Source: Candidatus Hermodarchaeota archaeon
GTDB lineage: Archaea; Asgardarchaeota; Lokiarchaeia; Sigyniarchaeales; SOKP01
Length of the DNA stretch: 64,000 nucleotides
Reading direction: 5' to 3'
Assembly: GCA_048885535.1 (NCBI GenBank)
Contig: JBHLLO010000002.1
Coordinates: forward strand, 1 to 64,000
The translations under genes and the position numbers were made by a program. Below, in pieces: positions 8,974 through 19,729 of the stretch (its first letter is position 1; each line of letters starts with the position of its first letter). The notes beneath the pieces are model-generated. The model saw nothing but the letters and a program-made list of their open reading frames with translations. It did no database searches and had not been told where the DNA came from.

Positions 8974-10332
8974 TTAAAGTTTTTTATCTTTTAGTAATTG
9001 ATCGATATTATAGTTAAAGGCAATTGGTAATTCTCGGTCTATAAATTCTCCTGCAATATTTTTTAATAATAAGTTTCTTATCTCTTTTGGTTCATTTGTT
9101 TGTCCTAAAACCCATCCAAGCTTTATATATCCGGTTTCTGGAAGCAAATTTCGTCCAGGAATTACTCCTATGTTTAATAACTCTCGACCTGTCGAATAAA
9201 CATTCATTCCAGTAAAACCGTGTAGAGTCTGGACTGTCATTAAGACTATAATCCCCTCTTGAGTAGCTCTTTCAACAGATTTATACAAATTCTTACTCAC
9301 ATGACCTAATCCTGTACCTCCAATAACAATCCCTTTATAATCTTTATCAATATAGAAATCAATTAATTCACTTTCTAAACCAGGATATGAATGAATTAAG
9401 GCTACTTTCTTTTCAAAATTTGTAAGTGCTATAACCTCTTTCTTGTCTCTTTTGTTATAATTTTTCTTAAATATTGTTATTTTTCGATTTCTAACCATCC
9501 CTAATGGGATATCATCGATGGTTCTAAATGTATCTCTAACTGATGAATGCATTTTTCTTACAAGAGTTCCTCTATGGATCAACCCATAATCATGTGAAGA
9601 TGAGCCCAACATTGTGACAACTACCTCCGCTATATCAGATGAGGTAACAGTAGCCGCATTAATTAAGTTTAAAGCAGCGTCTGAAGATGGACGATCTGAG
9701 CTCCTTTGACTGCCTGTTAAAACAACTGGAATAGATAAGTTCTTTAGCATAAAAGATAATGCCGCACTTGTGAAACTCATAGTATCTGTTCCATGACCAA
9801 TTATAATTCCGTCTATACCTGAATTTGCTGCTTCTTTAATTTTTTCAGCTAATTTTTGCCAAGCTTCAGGTTTCATATTCTCAGATAATATTTCAAAAAC
9901 TGTTTCACACTCAAGATTACAAATTTCTGCTAACTCTGGAACAGAACTAAAGAGTTCACCTGGTGTAAATGAGGGTATTACAGCACCAGTTGTATAATCT
10001 AATCGTGAAGCAACTGTTCCACCAGTTCCTAACATCTTAATATTTGGTAGACTGTTATTTTTAGGAAACTTCTTTTCAGGGATTTTATAATGTGCTTCTT
10101 TTTTGCCAATTTTCTTTATTTCAATAATTTCATTAATGTTTATCCCAATATTATAATTGTTTTCAAGTTTAATTTCTATTAGATTAGGAGCCGAATGTTC
10201 ATATCGAGGTAAAATTATTCCTTCTAATTGAGTTTTCTTAGTTTTTAAATTAATAATATCCCAAATATTTATCTTATTTTTTATTAGAAATTCTTTAGCT
10301 TTTCCTTTATAACCTTTTAACTTTTTTTCCAT
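8974..10332 (-). CDS. gatD: Glutamyl-tRNA(Gln) amidotransferase subunit D
   Basis: GTGGTVASRLDY, HGTDTM, GSQRSSDRPSSD asparaginase-like motifs. Confidence 0.95.
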   Translation of the reverse strand: MEKKLKGYKGKAKEFLIKNKINIWDIINLKTKKTQLEGIILPRYEHSAPNLIEIKLENNYNIGININEIIEIKKIGKKEAHYKIPEKKFPKNNSLPNIKMLGTGGTVASRLDYTTGAVIPSFTPGELFSSVPELAEICNLECETVFEILSENMKPEAWQKLAEKIKEAANSGIDGIIIGHGTDTMSFTSAALSFMLKNLSIPVVLTGSQRSSDRPSSDAALNLINAATVTSSDIAEVVVTMLGSSSHDYGLIHRGTLVRKMHSSVRDTFRTIDDIPLGMVRNRKITIFKKNYNKRDKKEVIALTNFEKKVALIHSYPGLESELIDFYIDKDYKGIVIGGTGLGHVSKNLYKSVERATQEGIIVLMTVQTLHGFTGMNVYSTGRELLNIGVIPGRNLLPETGYIKLGWVLGQTNEPKEIRNLLLKNIAGEFIDRELPIAFNYNIDQLLKDKKL

Positions 10333-12252
10333 TTATTTCAACTCCTTTAACTTTTTCTGTATATGGTTTTTTAATTCTTTTGACACTATAGCTCCATCAA
10401 TTTTGCCTCTAACCTCTTTCATTATCTCTCCCATTAAAGGTCCGACTGCTCTCATTTCTTTTTCTTTTACAACTTGAATGTTTTTTTCTACAATTTTGAT
10501 TATAACCTTTTTTAATTCTTCAATTGAGATACTTTCAATATTTAACTTTTCTTTAATTTGGTTAATAGTTAAATTGGGGTTTTCTGTTTTGGTTTTCATA
10601 ATTTCCTCAATGGCTTCTTTCCCAATACTCTTTTGTTTTAACTCTTGAAAGATTTCAATATAATCCTTATCTAGTATTAAATCTATATCTTTCCCATCTC
10701 TCCTTAGCGCTGTAGTTGTTTCTAAGAGGGTTGTAAATAAGATAGTCGGATTATCAGGGTAAATCTTTATTAATTCTTCAAATAGTTCCAATTTATCATT
10801 AAAAATTAGTTCTTTTATCATACGTTCTTCAATATCATATTTTGCTGCATATTCTTTAATTGTTTTCCAAGGATATTCAGGTAAGTTTTTCTCAATTCGA
10901 CTTATTTCTTGGGAGGTATTAATTATTACCATAGAATCTGTATCAGGATATAGTCTTGCTCCACCATGAAGCTCTCTCAGAAACTCTGTTTTACCATCAT
11001 CCAAAGCTCTCCTTGTCTCAGGAGGTACTCCATTTAAGGCATTTTTTAAGCGATCAACTATTACGTTTAGTGCTTTGATTACTTTATCCTTACTTCCTAG
11101 CAGCAATACAAAGCAATCGTTTTCTTTAGAATTTAATAAATTCCTAAGTAATTTAATATCATGTTCTTCAATACCATAATTTTTAAGATTTTCATCAGAA
11201 TGAATGATGCCTCTTAATCCAGCGATTACATTCACCTTACTACTTACTTCTGTTCCAAATCTATAGTCTTTCATTAATTCTTTTCCAAAGATTCCCTTAA
11301 AATTCTTAAAATTAATCCCATATAACTTCTCTCCCGATTTCAATCCATTCTGAATAAATTTTGATTTTGTATTTTTCACTTTATCTGAGACTTCAATAAA
11401 ATCTTTAGTAATATCATTTGGAGTTACTTTCCTTCTAATTAATTCATTTTTAATTTCAATTAAGTTAAGTTGGCGAGAAATTTCATTATTAATTAATGGT
11501 GGTATCCAGCTTAACTTTTGAACTCCTTTAATTTCAATCCTTGTACCTGATTTAATACTAACATTGACATCTTGACGTATGGAACCTATAACTTTCTTAA
11601 CATTAGTTGACCAGAATAATAATCCGATACGTTCAGCACACTCTTTGCATTCATCAGGAGTGTTAATATCTGGTTTAGTAGTAACTTCAATTAAAGGAAT
11701 TCCTAAGCGATCCAAACGAAAAAAGTTAGTCTTATTTTCAGTTTTTATTTTTCTTGCGGCTTCTTCTTCCAAACTTAATATATCTACTGTAATCTTTTTT
11801 CCACTTTCTAATGTGATATAACCATCAGTTCCGAGAATCATGGTCCTCTGAAATCCACTAGGAACGCTTCCATCTAAGTAATTCTTCCGGCATACGTGCA
11901 TCTCTTCAATAATGTTAGCATTCAAGAGTAAAGCAATTTGTAAAGCAATCTTTCGGGCTTCTTCATTACAAGAGAAAGGAGGAGTATCATCCAATTCATA
12001 AGTGCAAATAACATCATTATACCCCTCATATATGATATCCATACCTTTTTCATACTCTGTGAGCATCGCTTTATCAAAGGTTCCCATTTCTCCCAATACA
12101 GGTCTCATGAATCGTTTAATTGTGAAGTCTGGCTCTCTTGTACCTTGCATTATAGTAGGACATCGACAGAATAGCTTAGTTTCAGTATCTAATTGCTGAT
12201 GAATTTCTAAACCACATTTTAATCCTAGCTTTTCATAATTGAATTGTTCCAT
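10333..12252 (-). CDS. gatE: Glutamyl-tRNA(Gln) amidotransferase subunit E
   Basis: GLKCGLEIHQQL, DGSVPSGFQRT, RLDRLGIPLIE, IRQDVNVSI, ARLYPDTD; abuts gatD. Confidence 0.95.
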   Translation of the reverse strand: MEQFNYEKLGLKCGLEIHQQLDTETKLFCRCPTIMQGTREPDFTIKRFMRPVLGEMGTFDKAMLTEYEKGMDIIYEGYNDVICTYELDDTPPFSCNEEARKIALQIALLLNANIIEEMHVCRKNYLDGSVPSGFQRTMILGTDGYITLESGKKITVDILSLEEEAARKIKTENKTNFFRLDRLGIPLIEVTTKPDINTPDECKECAERIGLLFWSTNVKKVIGSIRQDVNVSIKSGTRIEIKGVQKLSWIPPLINNEISRQLNLIEIKNELIRRKVTPNDITKDFIEVSDKVKNTKSKFIQNGLKSGEKLYGINFKNFKGIFGKELMKDYRFGTEVSSKVNVIAGLRGIIHSDENLKNYGIEEHDIKLLRNLLNSKENDCFVLLLGSKDKVIKALNVIVDRLKNALNGVPPETRRALDDGKTEFLRELHGGARLYPDTDSMVIINTSQEISRIEKNLPEYPWKTIKEYAAKYDIEERMIKELIFNDKLELFEELIKIYPDNPTILFTTLLETTTALRRDGKDIDLILDKDYIEIFQELKQKSIGKEAIEEIMKTKTENPNLTINQIKEKLNIESISIEELKKVIIKIVEKNIQVVKEKEMRAVGPLMGEIMKEVRGKIDGAIVSKELKNHIQKKLKELK

Positions 12253-12396
12253 TTTGAATCAATTTTTCTAATAGTAATTATTTTGAACATAAGGTAGTTA
12301 CTTAATTTTAATATAATGAAATGTTGATAAAATACCTAATTAAACCTATTATAATTATTAATTCTTCTTCTCCATAATTCACGGAATTTAGAAAAC

Positions 12397-13494
12397 CTAA
12401 GAGGTTGGGAATTCATGGAATTGCTCTAAATAATATTTAGTGTTTGATTGAGTCACTTTTGAGTATTTTGAGGCTAGATCTAAAAACATTTTTATTTCAT
12501 CTTTGTGTTGTTCTTCTGATAATCGAATTACAAATCTTAATTGATCTTCACTTTCTATATCAATCCAATGCAATCTTTCAAAAAGTTTCAAGAAGTCCAA
12601 TAAAAATCGATCTTTATTACCAAATTCTTTAATTTCACTGATTACTAATTCCACCCAATGACTTTTTACTTTTTCATTAATGAAATTGACCATAACTCCC
12701 CTATCTTCGGCCAATTTCATCCAGAAATAGATGTCTTCATCATTAATCACTTGTCTAAGGTTTATTAAAGTATTTACATTATCTTGTACTAATTTAATTC
12801 GCTCTTTTTTTGATATATCTTTTCGAAATATTAAATCCGTTGCAATAAGATTAAACCTACAATATAAATCTTTATTTGAATATGTTACATCTGTTATTTT
12901 AGCTCCTATTATTCCAAGTACAGCAGCATTTAATTTACAATTTTCCCAGAAAAGATTCTGATAAAACCCAACAAATTCAAAGATCCCTTTAGGATATCTT
13001 ATATTTCGACTAGTAATGAGTTCTAGCCTCATATCCTTCGTAATTTTATTTTCCAAGTAGAACTTTTTGAATATTTCAAATCTTGAAAGAATAGCATCGT
13101 AATCGTAAGGTTCTATCCCATCTAGATATAACCTTCTTACAGCGAAAAGAAATCTTGTTAATTGCTTGAAAGTAATTTCTGTATATCTATGTGTCCTAGC
13201 CAATTCCTCATGAAAAGGAATTACTGCTTTAAATGTCATATCATCGAAAAAATTTCTAGTATCACCATCAACAAACCTTTCAAAATCATCTAGAGATTTA
13301 CCCCTTTCGAGGATTTCCATACTTTTTTCCATTATATATGAATAAAAAGAAGATATGCTTCTGAATCTAGAATCATCGGGATTTTTTTTTCTCTCAACAT
13401 TAACATAACGTTCAATCCAATCTTTTAATGCTGGAGAAATTGAAATCGTCTGGTTTGCTGTTTTTTTATTTGACAAAAATTTTTTTGAAGTCAT
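12397..13494 (-). CDS. Hypothetical protein with N-terminal RHH-like segment, paralog A
   Basis: QTISISPALKDWIERYV...RFRSISSF; colinear similarity with 13501..14562. Confidence 0.6.
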   Translation of the reverse strand: MTSKKFLSNKKTANQTISISPALKDWIERYVNVERKKNPDDSRFRSISSFYSYIMEKSMEILERGKSLDDFERFVDGDTRNFFDDMTFKAVIPFHEELARTHRYTEITFKQLTRFLFAVRRLYLDGIEPYDYDAILSRFEIFKKFYLENKITKDMRLELITSRNIRYPKGIFEFVGFYQNLFWENCKLNAAVLGIIGAKITDVTYSNKDLYCRFNLIATDLIFRKDISKKERIKLVQDNVNTLINLRQVINDEDIYFWMKLAEDRGVMVNFINEKVKSHWVELVISEIKEFGNKDRFLLDFLKLFERLHWIDIESEDQLRFVIRLSEEQHKDEIKMFLDLASKYSKVTQSNTKYYLEQFHEFPTS

Positions 13495-13500
13495 AAAAAT

Positions 13501-14562
13501 CTACTTTTTTTGTTCTAGATAATAAATTTCATTAATTTTTGATATTTTTCCATAATTTGAGATGAGATTGATGAGAAAGTCTACTTCTTCTTTATTTCTT
13601 TCCTCAGATAATCTTAATCGAAAACTCCTTAGTTTTTTATCCTCAATATTAATCCAATGGAATGCTTCAAACAACCTTAATATATTTAATAAAAGTATCT
13701 CATTTTCGCCATATTTCTTTATCTCTTTCACTATTAAATTAATCCATCTTTCTCTTGTTTTTTCATTGTTAAAGGCGAGACTAATATCTTTGTCTATTGC
13801 CATTTTCATCCATAGATAATAATGGTTATCATTTAAGATATTACTATAATTAACAAGATAGGATAAGTTCTGTTCAACTAATTCCAAAGTTTTTTTTTTA
13901 TCAATACTTTGCTCAAAATATAAAGATGTGGGTTCTAATTCTAGTCTACAATAATTTTCATCTAATGAAAGAAACAAATTAACGATTTTAGCTCCAAAAA
14001 CAGCAGTAACAGCAGTTAATAGCTTGAAATTTTCAAAAGTGATATTTTTATATATGCCAGTCAATTCAAGTATTAATTTCTTAAGATTCTTTGTTTTATC
14101 ATCTACTATTATTTCAAATTTGAAATCTTTAGTTAGTCTATTTGAGAAAATGTAGTTACCCAGTCTCTCTATAAAGATTCCTAAAGTTTTTATGTCGTAG
14201 GGATTATAACCACTTTGATATGCTAATCGTTTTAATGAATACAAGAACCTGATGGTCATATTTATATCTAGCTTTGTATATCTATTCATTTCAAGTGAGG
14301 GTTCAAATATGGGTATAAATTGTCGAAAAGAAAATTGATCAAACAAGTCTACAATTTCACGATCTGCAAATTTTTCAAAATCATCTAAGGATTTTCCTTT
14401 TTCAAAGCATTTGAGAGATTTTTTCATAACAAAATCATAAAAAGCGGATGTACTTTTAAATCTCTTATCTTTAGGGAACTTTTTATGGTTTGAACTTATA
14501 TATTCGTCAATTCTCTTTTTTAGACTGTCAGAAATAGAAATTGTTTGTTTAAGTTTTGACAT
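13501..14562 (-). CDS. Hypothetical protein with N-terminal RHH-like segment, paralog B
   Basis: QTISISDSLKKRIDEYI...RFKSTSAF; shared GKSLDDFE, ENxKL, GAKI, YCR, WMKxA and HWIxIE blocks. Confidence 0.6.
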   Translation of the reverse strand: MSKLKQTISISDSLKKRIDEYISSNHKKFPKDKRFKSTSAFYDFVMKKSLKCFEKGKSLDDFEKFADREIVDLFDQFSFRQFIPIFEPSLEMNRYTKLDINMTIRFLYSLKRLAYQSGYNPYDIKTLGIFIERLGNYIFSNRLTKDFKFEIIVDDKTKNLKKLILELTGIYKNITFENFKLLTAVTAVFGAKIVNLFLSLDENYCRLELEPTSLYFEQSIDKKKTLELVEQNLSYLVNYSNILNDNHYYLWMKMAIDKDISLAFNNEKTRERWINLIVKEIKKYGENEILLLNILRLFEAFHWINIEDKKLRSFRLRLSEERNKEEVDFLINLISNYGKISKINEIYYLEQKK

Positions 14563-15008
14563 TACAATCAGTTTTTATCTAAGATATTTAAATTTATAGA
14601 AAAGAGTATTAATATTAAATTTATGTTTAAGATGTTAAGTTATTGCTTTATTTGAAAATACATTTCATTCGAAAATAAATGATCTATTTTAATTCATAAT
14701 TATTACTACTTATTATTTTAAAATTTTATATTTATTCGCCACACTGAGGATTTTCAAAATGAAGTTAATCATTTCTTCAAATTTGGTAGAACTGTATCTT
14801 TTAAATAAGGATCTTCCCTCTAATTTTAATTGATTGGATGAATTAAGCTACATTTTTAAAGTTCTTATCTAACATATTCATTTATATAGTAATATGAAAT
14901 AATAAGATATTGTACTTATTTTACCATTTTAAAGGGAGACTCCTGCCAAAAAGGCTAAAAGTAAGGTTTTAGGGAGAATCGGGCGAAAACCAAAAATCCT
15001 AAAAATTA

Positions 15009-16631
15009 TTAAACTAATCTTTTGGAAACGTATGGACCATCCTTTATATATCCTAAATCATAGAACCAACCTCTTGCCCCAATTCCACTAATAACGGCTA
15101 ATTTTTTAGCATCATATTGTTCACGAGATTCTCTTTCAGCATTCAACATTAACAATTTTCCAAATCCACGGTGTTGAATTTGAGTCTTTCTATTAGGTTT
15201 TAGATCTTTTGGAACTAATTCTCCAACAACCTTAACTTCTCTCACAATCATAGTTTTTCCATCATTTAATTCAGGTCTATGAGCGAAAATTGAAGGCTTT
15301 CTTAATCTTAGATATCCAACTAAATAACCCTCATCTTTATTCTCATAAGATAAGAATACTTCCTCTCCTTGAGAAGCCTCATAAGTAAATTTTGTTAATT
15401 TTATTTTATCATATGATTCTTCATTAATGAAAGCTTTATTTTTATTAATTCCAAACTCCCGACATCTTATACATGAGCATTTAATATCTAACCTTTTCAT
15501 TCTTCTTTTTATCAGTTGTCTTAAATTACTTTTTTTACATCCAGCTTCTATTAATTGGGCAGGTATATCCCTCATAATTCTTTGAATACGAACGTAGGGA
15601 GGGAGGGTTTTTTTAATATTGGCAATTAAATTAATCAAGTCATTATCTGAATAAGGTTTGTATTCTCCCTTTTTCCATAAATTGTATAACTCAGTTCCCT
15701 TGACAACTAAACAAGGATAAATCTTTAACATGTCAGGTCGAAAATTTTGACTGGAAAATAAAACATCAAATGCCTGAATGTCTTTTGGTATGTTGGAACC
15801 AGGCAAATTAGGCATCATATGAGCATTTACTTTCAAACCTGAATCTTTAGCAATCCTTATAGCTTCAACTGTATCTTTAGTTGTATGACCTCTATTAATT
15901 AAAGTATAAATTTCATCATAAACGGTCTGCACTCCTATTTCCACTCTTGTAGTGCCATAATTCAACATTTGATCGACATGGGCTTCCTTGCAAAAATCAG
16001 GTCTAGTCTCAATTGTTAAACCTATTAATCTTCTTTCAGATTTTTCAGCTAATTTTTTTATTTTATCAAAGGACTTAGTTTTCTTATTAATTATGCCCTC
16101 ATATGCTCCCTTGATGAAATTTTCTTGATAATTAATATCTGTGGATAAAAAAGTTCCTCCCATAACCACTAATTCGATTTTATCAACATTATGACCAATT
16201 GCTTCTAAATCTTTTATTCTGCTTCGGACTTGCTTAAATGCATCATAATTATTATTGATAGATCTCATAGCAGCAGGTTCCTGTCCGGTATATGACTGAG
16301 CAACTTTTTGCCCAGGTTGCGACTTTTGACCAGGACAATATATACAGAGCCCAGGACAAGGAAGAGGTTTTGTCATTATTGCAATAATGGATACTCCAGA
16401 TAAAGTTCTCGTTGTTCTTCTTTTTAGGAGTTGGTTTATGATCATCTTTTCTTCTTCAGTCGAGTACTCAAGAATAGTAGCATTTTTAACAACTCCCTTA
16501 TATTCAAATTTTTTTGCGAACTTACCTTTAATATTCGTTATTTTTTCTCTTGGAGTTTGTGGATATTTAAGAAGATAATCTATAGTTGCTCTTGCTACTT
16601 TCTTAACTTTTTCAGTCTCGTATCCTTCCAT
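15009..16631 (-). CDS. elp3: tRNA wobble uridine acetyltransferase Elp3 (radical SAM + KAT)
   Basis: CPGLCIYCPG, QSYTGQEPA, GGTF, ETRPD, QHRGFGK, VISGIGARGWFY. Confidence 0.95.
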   Translation of the reverse strand: MEGYETEKVKKVARATIDYLLKYPQTPREKITNIKGKFAKKFEYKGVVKNATILEYSTEEEKMIINQLLKRRTTRTLSGVSIIAIMTKPLPCPGLCIYCPGQKSQPGQKVAQSYTGQEPAAMRSINNNYDAFKQVRSRIKDLEAIGHNVDKIELVVMGGTFLSTDINYQENFIKGAYEGIINKKTKSFDKIKKLAEKSERRLIGLTIETRPDFCKEAHVDQMLNYGTTRVEIGVQTVYDEIYTLINRGHTTKDTVEAIRIAKDSGLKVNAHMMPNLPGSNIPKDIQAFDVLFSSQNFRPDMLKIYPCLVVKGTELYNLWKKGEYKPYSDNDLINLIANIKKTLPPYVRIQRIMRDIPAQLIEAGCKKSNLRQLIKRRMKRLDIKCSCIRCREFGINKNKAFINEESYDKIKLTKFTYEASQGEEVFLSYENKDEGYLVGYLRLRKPSIFAHRPELNDGKTMIVREVKVVGELVPKDLKPNRKTQIQHRGFGKLLMLNAERESREQYDAKKLAVISGIGARGWFYDLGYIKDGPYVSKRLV

Positions 16632-16671
16632 TAGAATCAGATGAGATACAATTTATAAGAAAATTCATAAT

Positions 16672-17526
16672 CTATTCTATACTTATTTTTTTTCCCGTAA
16701 AATCTCTTTTAAATTTACCAAAATCATTTATTTCTCTTAAAATTTTCGAGTCGAAGATTGGTCCATCTTTACAAACTAATAATCCCAATGGATCTATAAC
16801 GCATAGTCCACATAAACCACAACCACATCTCATAATTCGCTCTAAACTAGCCTCTAGTTCAATATCATAGTTTTCACATATTTGAAAGATTTCATATAAC
16901 ATCTTTTCAGGACCACAAGCATATACTTTGAGATTTGATGTATCAGATTTTAGTTGTTTATTAAGTAAGCTATTAAATGTATCAGAAGCCATTCCTTTTA
17001 ATCCGTAACTACCGTCATCTGTACAATAGAAAATTTCAGAATATTCATCATCTACTGTATTAAAATGATTGATAAATAATAGTTCTTCTCCAATCTTAGC
17101 ACCTTCAATTATAATACTTTTAAATTTCTTTCTTGAAAGTTCAGAAGCAAGATATTTTAGGGGAGCAATGCCGAAACCCCCTCCAATTAAGATTGATATT
17201 ACAGATTTTTTTTTTGGTAATTCAAAATAGTTTCCGAGAGGACCTCTTACACCTAAAAAATCTCCTACATTTAGATTATGAATAGCATTCGTGCATTCTC
17301 CTACATTTTTGACAGTTATAGTCCAATTTCCATTCTCATCACATCCAGATAATGACATTGGAACCTCATCAACTCCAGGAACCCATATCATTACAAATTG
17401 ACCTGCTTGAGGTTTAATATAATTATTATGCATAAATTCTTTAATGTTAAACTCTAAAGTCTTAACACCAATACAATTAGTTTTTATACTTTTTATTCTA
17501 ACTGTTTGAACTATGTTTTCAGTCAA
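16672..17526 (-). CDS. pyrK: Dihydroorotate dehydrogenase electron transfer subunit
   Basis: GQFVMIWVPG, RGPLGN, GGGFGIAP, ACGPEKM, MRCGCGLCGLC, VCKDGP. Confidence 0.93.
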   Translation of the reverse strand: MTENIVQTVRIKSIKTNCIGVKTLEFNIKEFMHNNYIKPQAGQFVMIWVPGVDEVPMSLSGCDENGNWTITVKNVGECTNAIHNLNVGDFLGVRGPLGNYFELPKKKSVISILIGGGFGIAPLKYLASELSRKKFKSIIIEGAKIGEELLFINHFNTVDDEYSEIFYCTDDGSYGLKGMASDTFNSLLNKQLKSDTSNLKVYACGPEKMLYEIFQICENYDIELEASLERIMRCGCGLCGLCVIDPLGLLVCKDGPIFDSKILREINDFGKFKRDFTGKKISIE

Positions 17527-18445
17527 AATCAGGCACCTCTTGATTTTTCGATTGATGAGCTAAACCAATTGTATCAGATATAGATTTAAAATTCTCTCGC
17601 TCTAAATACCTAATTAGATTTTGATTAATTTGAGATAAAAAGTTAAATCCTTGATAAAATGCGGTTCCAATTTGAATAGCAGATGCTCCGGCTAGAAAAA
17701 ATTCTATAACATCTTTCCAATTATATACTCCACCACAGCCAATAATCGGAATATTTAATATTTTATAAAGATCATAAACAGCCTTTATAGCAATAGGATG
17801 AATGGCTCTTCCTGACATCCCACCACTACCGTGTGAGAGAATAGGTCTTCTGACGTTAATATCAATAATCATGGAGCTTATAGTGTTAATTGCTACCACA
17901 GCATTAGCTCCTGCTTTTTCAGCCGCTTGTGCTATTTCACAAATATCAGTTACATTTGGATTTAATTTAACAAATAGTGGTATTCCAATATTTTGTTTTA
18001 ATTTTTTAATTAATGAATAGGTCAAATTCTTATCAATTCCAATACAGGATACTTCTGCATGTGGACAAGATATATTTAATTCTAATGCATCAGCTCCAGC
18101 CTCTTCGGCCTTTAAAGCAACTTGCAAGTATGATTCATCATTTTCTCCAAATATACTAACAATTAAAGGAAAATTGAGCGATTTAGCTTCTTTAATCTCA
18201 TTTATAAAGTTGTCAATACCTGGATTTGCCAAACCTACACTATTTAAAAAGGTCCCAGGGAAAATCTCAATAATTGATGGATTCTTATATCCTTTTCTAG
18301 CTCTAGGACCAACCGATTTAGTTGTTATTGCCCCAGCTCCTGCGTTAATTACTCTTTTCATGGTAGAACATGAAACTCCTAAAATTCCAGAAGCCAAGAT
18401 TATAGGAGTTTTTAATTTTAAACCAGAAATATTAACTTCAAGCAT
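17519..18445 (-). CDS. pyrD: Dihydroorotate dehydrogenase (class 1B) catalytic subunit
   Basis: NSVGLANPG, ELNISCPH, GGMSG, IIGCGG; overlaps pyrK by 8 nt. Confidence 0.93.
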   Translation of the reverse strand: MLEVNISGLKLKTPIILASGILGVSCSTMKRVINAGAGAITTKSVGPRARKGYKNPSIIEIFPGTFLNSVGLANPGIDNFINEIKEAKSLNFPLIVSIFGENDESYLQVALKAEEAGADALELNISCPHAEVSCIGIDKNLTYSLIKKLKQNIGIPLFVKLNPNVTDICEIAQAAEKAGANAVVAINTISSMIIDINVRRPILSHGSGGMSGRAIHPIAIKAVYDLYKILNIPIIGCGGVYNWKDVIEFFLAGASAIQIGTAFYQGFNFLSQINQNLIRYLERENFKSISDTIGLAHQSKNQEVPDFD

Positions 18446-18515
18446 TACTATTATAACTTAAGGAAATATTATTATTATTATTTAAGAAAATTTACAGCAA
18501 TTAGTTATCTCAAAA

Positions 18516-19709
18516 ATGAAATGTTTCATAATAGATACATTTATTGGAATATTTGCAGTTGATGAGACTGGAAATATCTTAAATTATATATTTATTGATA
18601 ATAAAAACCAAATAATTGAATTTTATCAATTGTTAGACAATATGACTATTTCTAATGAGTTCAAAAAATTTTTGACTGAATTAGAAAACTCCGGATTTAA
18701 TTACTTTATTTTTGATAATTTAGAATTGGAAAGTATAACTTCTCAAAATTTAAGTTTTCAAACTACACTTGACACTGATGCTCTCGAGTTCAGGGATTTT
18801 CGTTTTAATTTAAGTAAAAGTTTAGCTAAAGTTGGCATCAATATTTCTGAAATGGAGGTTCTTAATAAGGTTAAAGCTATTGAAGAGGAATTAATCAAAA
18901 AAAAAGTTAGTATATTAGGAGCTCAAAATGATATTATTATAATAAAAGCTATTGATTCTATAGATACAATTAAAAAATCAATTAGTTTATATTCAAGTCG
19001 GCTAAGAGAATGGTATGGATTACATTTCCCTGAATTAACTGATAAATTGATCGAAGATAATATAACTATAGCTCAATTAGTTCACAAATTAGGAGATCGA
19101 GATAATTTTACCTTTGAAAAAATAAGAAATGATTTTGAATTTAAGGATGATCATATCAAAATGCTAGAGAATTTAGCTTCAAAGTCAATGGGGGCTACTA
19201 TAAAATTAGATATCATTCAAAATTTTGCTGAACAAATAATAACACTTGATCATTTTAGAGAACAATTAGAGGAATATTTAGAAAATTTAATGAAATTAAC
19301 TGCTCCTAATCTGAATGCATTGGTTGGGAGTTTAGTTGGAGCTAAACTAATAGCAAAAGCAGGGAGTTTAAAAAAATTAGCTTTTATGCCAGCATCTAGA
19401 ATCCAAATTTTGGGAGCAGAAAAAGCTTTATATCGATTTTTAAAAACTGGTGAAAATCGACCCAAACACGGTTTAATCTATCAGTGGAATTTGATTAGAG
19501 GGAGTAAACCACACCAAAGGGGTAAAATATCACGTCTAATTGCTGGAAAAATTGGTATTGCCTGTAAAGTTGATTATTTTGGTGGAATGTTTATAGGAGA
19601 AGAGTTGGCAAAAGAAATCGAAGAGAAAGTGAAAGAAATCGAAAGAAAATATCCTAAAGTACCAAAAAGTAAGATCAAAACAAAACATGGTAAAAAAAGG
19701 AAAAGGTAA
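18516..19709 (+). CDS. nop5: Box C/D RNP protein Nop5 (Nop56/58)
   Basis: RLREWYGLHFPEL, APNL, PASRIQILGAEKAL, PKHGLI, RGKISR; basic tail. Confidence 0.94.
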   Translation: MKCFIIDTFIGIFAVDETGNILNYIFIDNKNQIIEFYQLLDNMTISNEFKKFLTELENSGFNYFIFDNLELESITSQNLSFQTTLDTDALEFRDFRFNLSKSLAKVGINISEMEVLNKVKAIEEELIKKKVSILGAQNDIIIIKAIDSIDTIKKSISLYSSRLREWYGLHFPELTDKLIEDNITIAQLVHKLGDRDNFTFEKIRNDFEFKDDHIKMLENLASKSMGATIKLDIIQNFAEQIITLDHFREQLEEYLENLMKLTAPNLNALVGSLVGAKLIAKAGSLKKLAFMPASRIQILGAEKALYRFLKTGENRPKHGLIYQWNLIRGSKPHQRGKISRLIAGKIGIACKVDYFGGMFIGEELAKEIEEKVKEIERKYPKVPKSKIKTKHGKKRKR

Positions 19710-19729
19710 ACTTTTAAAGGTTATGTAAT

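Noticed and set aside
14715-14880. Possible short ORF or pseudogene on the minus strand (…LKLEGRSLFKRYSSTKFEEMINFILKIL…)
   Set aside because: Interrupted by a stop near the 5' end, no convincing start and no recognisable homology.
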